Part shown: positions 51,704 to 57,885 of the stretch, in pieces
How positions within the stretch are numbered: position 1 is the first letter of the stretch
Layout of the letters: the number at the start of each line of letters is the position of its first letter
IMG/VR virus record: IMGVR_UViG_3300046170_000085
Span: 1 to 57,885 of that record
DNA from: a virus
Lineage: Duplodnaviria > Caudoviricetes
DNA length: 57,885 nt
Strand: one strand, 5' to 3'
Program-made: the position numbers and the translations under genes
The notes under the pieces: generated by a model
What the model was told of the DNA's origin: nothing
The model's database searches: none
The model's input: only the letters and a program-made list of their open reading frames with translations

Positions 51704-52503
51704 TGGCACTAGACGAATCAGGATCAGAACTAGAAAGCAAAAAATCAAATCTGTTTGAGTCTCTTGGTGCTCTTGCCGGTTTGCTTACAGGTGGTATCGG
51801 AGGCGCATTTGTTGGGGGTGTTGGCGGTGCCCTCATGTCAGGTAAATCGGTAGAAGATGCTTTCCGATCTGGTATTGGTTCGTTCTTTCAAGGTGCAACT
51901 ATGGGTGCACCAGGTCTCGCACTCAATGCTTTAGGTGGTGCGGGTGGTAGTGCCGGAAACATAGGCCGTGGTATCATGGGCGCGGTTACCAGTCCTCAAG
52001 CCATGCAACTCGCAGCTTTATCCAGTGGGGCTAATCCTGCTCTTCAAGCTGTAATGATGGGATTGGCGGAACAACAAGCGCAAGGCGAAGGAAAAAAAGA
52101 CGGAATCATGGGTAACCTACTTCAAGGTATAATTCGTGAAAAACTTGATCAACAACGCTTTCCACAATTTCAAAACGTAATGTCAGATTTAGAAATGGCG
52201 CAGTATGCAAAAGGTGAACGCAATCCAAATTTCCGTGGGGTCGCGGCCCCTGGTACTCCTGTTGTAAGTTACACTCCAAGAAAATTGGCAATGGGTGGAT
52301 ACATTGAGGGTCCAGGGACAGGAACCAGTGATTCAATACCCGCAGCGATCTATCAGAATGGTGGTAGAGTTCAGGAAGCAGCCTTATCAGACGGAGAGTT
52401 TGTTATGACAGAGGCTGCTGTGAAGGGCGCAGGAAACGGCAACCGAGATCGGGGGGCAGCAAAGATGTACCAGATGATGAATCAGTTTGAGAGGAGAGCC
52501 TGA
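51703..52503 (+). CDS. Internal virion (ejection) protein
   Basis: Gly-rich hydrophobic N-terminus; GPGTGTSDSIPA..LSDGEFV..AV. Confidence 0.7.
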   Translation: MALDESGSELESKKSNLFESLGALAGLLTGGIGGAFVGGVGGALMSGKSVEDAFRSGIGSFFQGATMGAPGLALNALGGAGGSAGNIGRGIMGAVTSPQAMQLAALSSGANPALQAVMMGLAEQQAQGEGKKDGIMGNLLQGIIREKLDQQRFPQFQNVMSDLEMAQYAKGERNPNFRGVAAPGTPVVSYTPRKLAMGGYIEGPGTGTSDSIPAAIYQNGGRVQEAALSDGEFVMTEAAVKGAGNGNRDRGAAKMYQMMNQFERRA

Positions 52504-53768
52504 TGGCGGAGGAAATCATCCAGAAACAGATGACGCTACTTCCTGAGTATCAGGAAGAGTTCTTAAAAAATCTACTAGCAAACATCTATCAAGTTGACGA
52601 AGAGACGGGCACGATCACAGGTATCGCTGCCCAATCGCCTTTGTATGGACAACCTGTTTATCAGATGGAAGGGGGCGGAACGACCCTCGATCCAACACAG
52701 GCTGCTGTTGATGCAGAGGGAAATAAAGTACAATTCTATGAAGGTGCGGATGGCAGCTTTACTACAGATCCTAGTCTTGCTCTTACCGATCAATACGGAG
52801 AGGCTATCTTTGCCACAGAAGGTGGCGTAGCTGTTCCTGATGTCATTGGTTTTACAGACTCACAGGTTGATGCCCTCCGTCGTATGACTGGATACACCGA
52901 TCCTGTGACAGGAGAAGTTGTCTACGAAGGTATGATGGATGCCTATCAGCCTTATTTAGATGAGGCACTTCAGACTTTTCAGTCAGGCACGGACCTTGCA
53001 GGCACGGCAGGAACTGCACGTTACGACCCTAGTGGTCAGATTGTATATGACACCGTAACAGATCCTAATACGGGACAAGTGTCTCAAGTTGCTCGTAAAG
53101 ATGCAGAAGGAAACGTAGTACGTGAGGGCGGATACAAAGACTTCTTTGATCCCTTTGTTGATGACGTAGTTGACGCGGCACAGTTAGACATTCAAGAAGC
53201 GTTGGAGCGTGAACGTTCTAGGATAGGTTCAGAGGCCGCATCGATGGGAGCGTTTGGTCGTCGTCGTGACTTGATTGAAGGTCAGGCGATAGGTCGATCC
53301 GCTGCGGAAGAAGGTAAACTTACCGCGCAGTTAAAGTCGGCGGCGTATACTGCGGCACAAGAACAAGCGCAGTCTGCTTTTGAAAATCAACAAAAACGCG
53401 GGATTCAAGCGGGTCAGTTGTTCCAAGGATTAGGAACAGGGATCGGGGCACTTGGCGAGGCTGCACAGAACCTTGGATTCCAAGATGTAAACGCGCTGTT
53501 TAACACTGGTCAGTTGGAACAACGTCAGTTGCAGAGTGAGTATGATGTTCAACGGGCAAGTCAGTTAGAAGAAGCGTATGAACCGTTTGCTCGATTCTCT
53601 TACATGCGTGATATTTTGTCAGGTTTACCTGCCTCTTCTACCGCTCTTGCGGCGGCGGCGACACCTAAAGCCAGTCCTCTAACTAATATTCTACAGAACG
53701 CAAATATAGCGGGTGGCTCAAATATCTTTGGTGGTCTTGGTAGTTTGAAAAATGTAAGCGGGGCATAA
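52503..53768 (+). CDS. Internal virion (ejection/pilot) protein
   Basis: Q/A-rich; GAFG; FFDPF; typical position. Confidence 0.7.
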   Translation: MAEEIIQKQMTLLPEYQEEFLKNLLANIYQVDEETGTITGIAAQSPLYGQPVYQMEGGGTTLDPTQAAVDAEGNKVQFYEGADGSFTTDPSLALTDQYGEAIFATEGGVAVPDVIGFTDSQVDALRRMTGYTDPVTGEVVYEGMMDAYQPYLDEALQTFQSGTDLAGTAGTARYDPSGQIVYDTVTDPNTGQVSQVARKDAEGNVVREGGYKDFFDPFVDDVVDAAQLDIQEALERERSRIGSEAASMGAFGRRRDLIEGQAIGRSAAEEGKLTAQLKSAAYTAAQEQAQSAFENQQKRGIQAGQLFQGLGTGIGALGEAAQNLGFQDVNALFNTGQLEQRQLQSEYDVQRASQLEEAYEPFARFSYMRDILSGLPASSTALAAAATPKASPLTNILQNANIAGGSNIFGGLGSLKNVSGA

Positions 53769-53769
53769 A

Positions 53770-54819
53770 ATGCAAGGGATACATAACGCAGCGTTGTTTG
53801 GAGCTTCTCAAAGGAGTGCTAGAGATAAATTAGAAATGATGGGCGGCATCAAGCGCAGCCCTCGTGGGATTCTAGCGTCATCTCCCGAACTAATGCAGGC
53901 CGCTGCACCACGGGCCATGACACCACCACCTACAATGCCAAGGCCAATGGCCCCACCACAGGCTACAATGCCCATGGTTCAAGCAGCATTACCACAAGTT
54001 CCAGTGCAAACTACTGTTGCTCCGATGATGCAACAACAACAACAGGCTCCGGCTGTTCCAACAGTTCCACGCCCTGCTTCTCCAAGCACTCCTATGGGGT
54101 TTGAGGAGGCAGGACCAGTAGACATTCGGAACCCTGCCAGTGCTTTTGTCTCTGCGGTTGAAGGTTTAGGAACAGGACTCTTTGACATGTTGGTTAATAA
54201 GTTTGGGTCCGCAGAAAAAGCGCAGAAAGAAACGGCGACTAAAAAAGACACAATTGATTCGGCACTTGAAGCTACTGAAGATCCGAAGAAGATTGGTGAT
54301 GCTGTAATGGTCGCGGCGGAACTTCCTCCTACTAATGAAAGCAAAATAGATTTTGCACAATCTGTCCTTGGCATTGATACCGATAATGTTGGAGAGATCG
54401 ACGATGAAATCTTTAGAGTCCTGACATCGGACCCAAGCCTGTCTGGGCAGAAGCTACAACAAGCCGTGCTCCTTGGTCTAAACAACTTCAAGCAGACAGC
54501 GGCTGCTAGGGCTGCGGCGGCATCGGGTAGTGGTAGCGGGTTTGAACCCATGCCAACGTATATAGAAGCCCTGCCAAAAATGATTCAAAGTATTATGTCT
54601 AATGACCCTGGTATCAGTATGGAGGAAGCATCGGCTGAAGCTCAGAAGGTTCTTGATCCTTTGTACGGTAAAACAGGTGGTGGTGCACCCAAGGTAGAGT
54701 TAACAGCCGAACAACAGACTATTCTAACTCAAGCGCAAGAGGCACTTGCTGCCGGAAAAGATCGTAAAGCAGTGGAAGCTGAAGCAATAAAACGAGGTCT
54801 TCCCGTAGGAGCATTATAA
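53770..54819 (+). CDS. Internal virion protein
   Basis: Pro/Met/Gln-rich N-terminus; coupled ORF. Confidence 0.7.
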   Translation: MQGIHNAALFGASQRSARDKLEMMGGIKRSPRGILASSPELMQAAAPRAMTPPPTMPRPMAPPQATMPMVQAALPQVPVQTTVAPMMQQQQQAPAVPTVPRPASPSTPMGFEEAGPVDIRNPASAFVSAVEGLGTGLFDMLVNKFGSAEKAQKETATKKDTIDSALEATEDPKKIGDAVMVAAELPPTNESKIDFAQSVLGIDTDNVGEIDDEIFRVLTSDPSLSGQKLQQAVLLGLNNFKQTAAARAAAASGSGSGFEPMPTYIEALPKMIQSIMSNDPGISMEEASAEAQKVLDPLYGKTGGGAPKVELTAEQQTILTQAQEALAAGKDRKAVEAEAIKRGLPVGAL

Positions 54820-56875
54820 TGGCTGAAAATCCCTTTATGTCTTTGCCAGACGCTCCCGCATCTACGGAATCAGACAACCCTTTTATGTCTCTTCCAGATG
54901 CTTCTTCTGATTCAGACTCTGAAAGAACTTTTAACATCAAAGGACTCTCAGATCGTGGCGATACGCTTATCGGAGACACAGGTATAGGTTTTGTGGACGC
55001 GGTCACAGGAGCAATAGGCAGGACTGGCTATGCAATTGCTGACAACATCATCGGGTTTGACGATGGGGTTGATACCTTTGGTGAGCGTCTTGGCTCTGGT
55101 CTTAGAGAAACAGGGGAAGGTGTAGGCTCTGGTTTTATTAAAGGGCTTGAAGGAGCAGGGACTACAATAGCCCTCGCACCAGATTACTTTCTAGGCACAG
55201 AATACGGTGACGCTATTACGGAAGGTTCTGAGGCAATTAGAGATTCCCTTGGTTTAGACCCAGAGGGTATCATGGGTAAAGGTGCAGAGATTGTTACACA
55301 GTTTGTTCTACCTGGTGGGCTTGCCGCAAAAGGTGCAGGAGCTTTTTTAAAAGCTAATCGTGTTAAAAAAGGTTTGGCTAATGTACCTTTATCTAAAAAA
55401 GAAAAGTTTGGTCACGCCGCAGCAGAGATAATAGCAGCCGGAGTTGCTGACGGTTTTGTTTCTAATGACGGTATGACTACTGTTGGTGACTGGGCAGAAA
55501 TGGGATTTACTCAAACCGAAGATTTAATCGGACTCCGTGGACAAGAACGAACACTTGCCTAGATTAAAGAACAAAGCTACAAGTTTTTTGGTGAAGCTGC
55601 TCTTCTTGGTAGCGTAGCACAAGGCGCGTTGATGGCGGCGGGAAAGACCATTGGTCAAGCAGTTAAAAGCCCTAGAGGACAAGCGACAGCCTCTGCATTG
55701 AAAGCTCGGATAGATCGAGCAGCGGAAAACGCAGACAACCTATTGTATCAACGCATGATGACTCCTGATGAATTAACTCCTTTGCAACGATTCAAAGCAG
55801 ACGCCATTGCTATGGCTACACCCAAGGGTTATCTGCCAGAGTCTGCTTCAGAAGCCAGATTTGCTATAGAGTCTAAAACAAATGCTGCAAATAAAGCAGA
55901 AGAGTTTATGCGTAAAGACTATGATACAGCACTTAACAAGTTGTTCAAAGAGGTTCCTCCAAGCGAGTTAGAGGGCAACATTGAAAGGCTTGAAATTTTA
56001 AATCGTGGTAAGGGCTTTTCTGGAAGAGGCTGACGAAAAGATTGCTGATGGTATTTTAAAACGAATGCCTGGTACGCTACGTCCTAGTCTTAGAAAATAT
56101 AAAGAAAACTTACGCGGATTGAGCGAACGAGTTGGTGACTCTAAGTTTTTGAAGAACAATAATATAGAGACAAAAGATGGTCGAAAATTAATAGACATCG
56201 TTAAAGATAATGATGCTGCCCATTTGCGTCGAACCTACCGTATATTTGAAGACGAAAAGTATGTGCCAACACAAGAATCTATTGAAGCTGCGGATTCGTT
56301 TTTCACAGCAAATAAAAAGTTTACAGAAAAAACGCTAACTGAAATAGCACGTAAAGACGTTAACGAAAGGTTGTTGCCTAAAGAGTTCCTGACAAAGAAC
56401 GGGTTGAAGAAGACAGAATGGCCCTGAAGGTCCAGTGGTAACTGTGCCAGACAAAATTACTCCTGACGTTGCAAAGAAAGCTCGTGAAGGTTTTCTCGCA
56501 GACAAACAACTCAAGATGCGTCAGTCGTACAAAGGTGGTCGCATTGCTAGGGACAGACTGGATACAGGTATGCTTGTAATCTAGGGAAAAGATTCCTGAA
56601 ACTCTAAGAGCTTTGATGGGGGAGACAGGAACCAAGGTTGTTAAGACCGATAAGGGCTTCAAAGTTTACCACGATTTTAGAGACCTCGGCCCTTCGGACC
56701 ATTTCTGATATGTCCCAGTTTGTTGCAGTAGATGATTTCTTTGGTCAGATGGCTAGACTAGCAGATCAAAAAAACAGGTTACTCAAAGACCTTATAATCA
56801 AAGGCGAAGGTCTAAGTCCGGCACAACGACAGGGTTTAGTTGACAGCGGGTATGTGCGTCTTGGTGGAGACTCGT
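54819..56875 (+). CDS. N-terminal part of the very large ejection protein (several apparent indels; continues at 1-2336)
   Basis: Consecutive fragments 54819-55562, 55629-56033, 56005-56427, 56638-57147 switch frame over short gaps. Confidence 0.7.
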
Positions 56876-57885
56876 CTGATTTTGGTGCGTTAAGTACACC
56901 TGTGACTAAAAAGTCTGGTTCAAGTATTCCAAACGAAGAAGAGATCCTGCTTGGTACATCTGGGTGGGGTAGCCTAAACGATCACTATGTGCCTCGACCG
57001 ATGTACAACAACCTGACGAATTATATCGTAGGCGAAGAAGATGGTGGGACTCAATTACTAAGAAGCACATGGAACTGGTTACTACGTGCAAAGGGTGTGT
57101 CTCAATATAGTAAGACAATCCTTTCACCTATCACACAGGTTTCGTAACTTTACTACCGCTGCTGCCTTTGCTTTGGCTAACGGAAACGTCCCATTTGTAG
57201 GTCGTCATGGTAGCATCAAAGATGCGGCAAAACTTATTTACGGAAACCTTCTTACAAAAGGTGATGATGAAGTTATTGCTGAGTTGATGGACGCACAACG
57301 ACGAGGGATGCTAGGAACAAATGCAGAGTTAAGAGAGATTCAAGGACTCCTTGCGTAAAGGTGTAGGGCTTACTGCTCGTGGACCTGAGAGCGGAATAGA
57401 GGCTTTGATTGCGGGTAGTCCTACTCGTGAGAAGTTTGCGAAAAAGTGCGGGGGGATTTTTTAAACCTCTGGAAAATATCTACCAAAGTTCAGACGATTT
57501 CTGGAAGCACTTTAACTACACCGCAGAGCAAGGCCACATTCGTAAGTCCTTAGACGGAATAGACTTTAGTAATCCACAGCAAGCTGAAGAAGCTATTGCC
57601 TATCTTACAAAGAATGGCACCGACATCTCAGAAGAAACTAGGTCTGCTATCAGTAAAGGTTCTTTTACAAAGGGCTGACATTGATGAGATGGTCAAGCAT
57701 CGTGCCGCACAAATTGTGAGAGATACTGTACCCAAACTATAACAAGGGTGCTACGGATCTTGTTCGACTTGGTCGCCGTTTACCTTTGGGTAATTTTATT
57801 ACCTTCCCCCGCTGAGATTTATAGAACAGGAATTAATATCGTAAGGCAGAGCTTAGATGACATGTCTTCAAGTATTCCTGCTGTT
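56876..57885. repeat. Terminal direct repeat, right copy (circular overlap)
   Basis: Starts ctgattttggtgcg at 56876 and ends ...ttcctgctgtt like position 1004; 1010 nt = 1004 + 6 insertions. Confidence 0.97.

Noticed and set aside
56876-57885. Biological long terminal repeat
   Set aside because: It falls mid-gene and differs only by six homopolymer insertions, as expected for an untrimmed circular overlap; terminal redundancy of a permuted genome is not excluded

Overview
The window is essentially one complete, circularly closed ~56.9-kb tailed dsDNA phage genome with a podovirus-like layout. Bases 1-1004 recur at 56876-57885. Scattered single-base insertions, mostly in homopolymers, break several genes and look like long-read errors. 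Modules: (i) replication, 2.3-11 kb: family A DNA polymerase (Leu762 type), UvrD-like helicase, AlpA-type HTH, primase-polymerase, SSB-like protein, SNF2 helicase; (ii) a mostly leftward accessory/early region, 11-21 kb, with a two-frame nested C5-methyltransferase, a candidate origin, TerS and a resolvase-like nuclease; (iii) a rightward virion/lysis region, 21-57 kb: SLT, GNAT, EP-repeat protein, TerL, portal, holin-like proteins, GH19 endolysin, GroES, scaffold, major capsid, tail, propeller-repeat fibres, ejection proteins. The gene set recalls marine HTVC023P/37-F6-like podophages (inference, no search run). The standout locus is 12938-14849. A stand-alone Cas7/RAMP-like gene is followed by a hairpin, then a ~540-nt non-coding array of nine units, then a partner gene. 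Each unit is a run of 5-nt G(G/T)Y-NN modules delimited by GGCGGTC. This looks like a compact, non-CRISPR RNA-guided system whose variable dinucleotides spell gapped targets, and it matches my recollection of the recently reported VIPR architecture.
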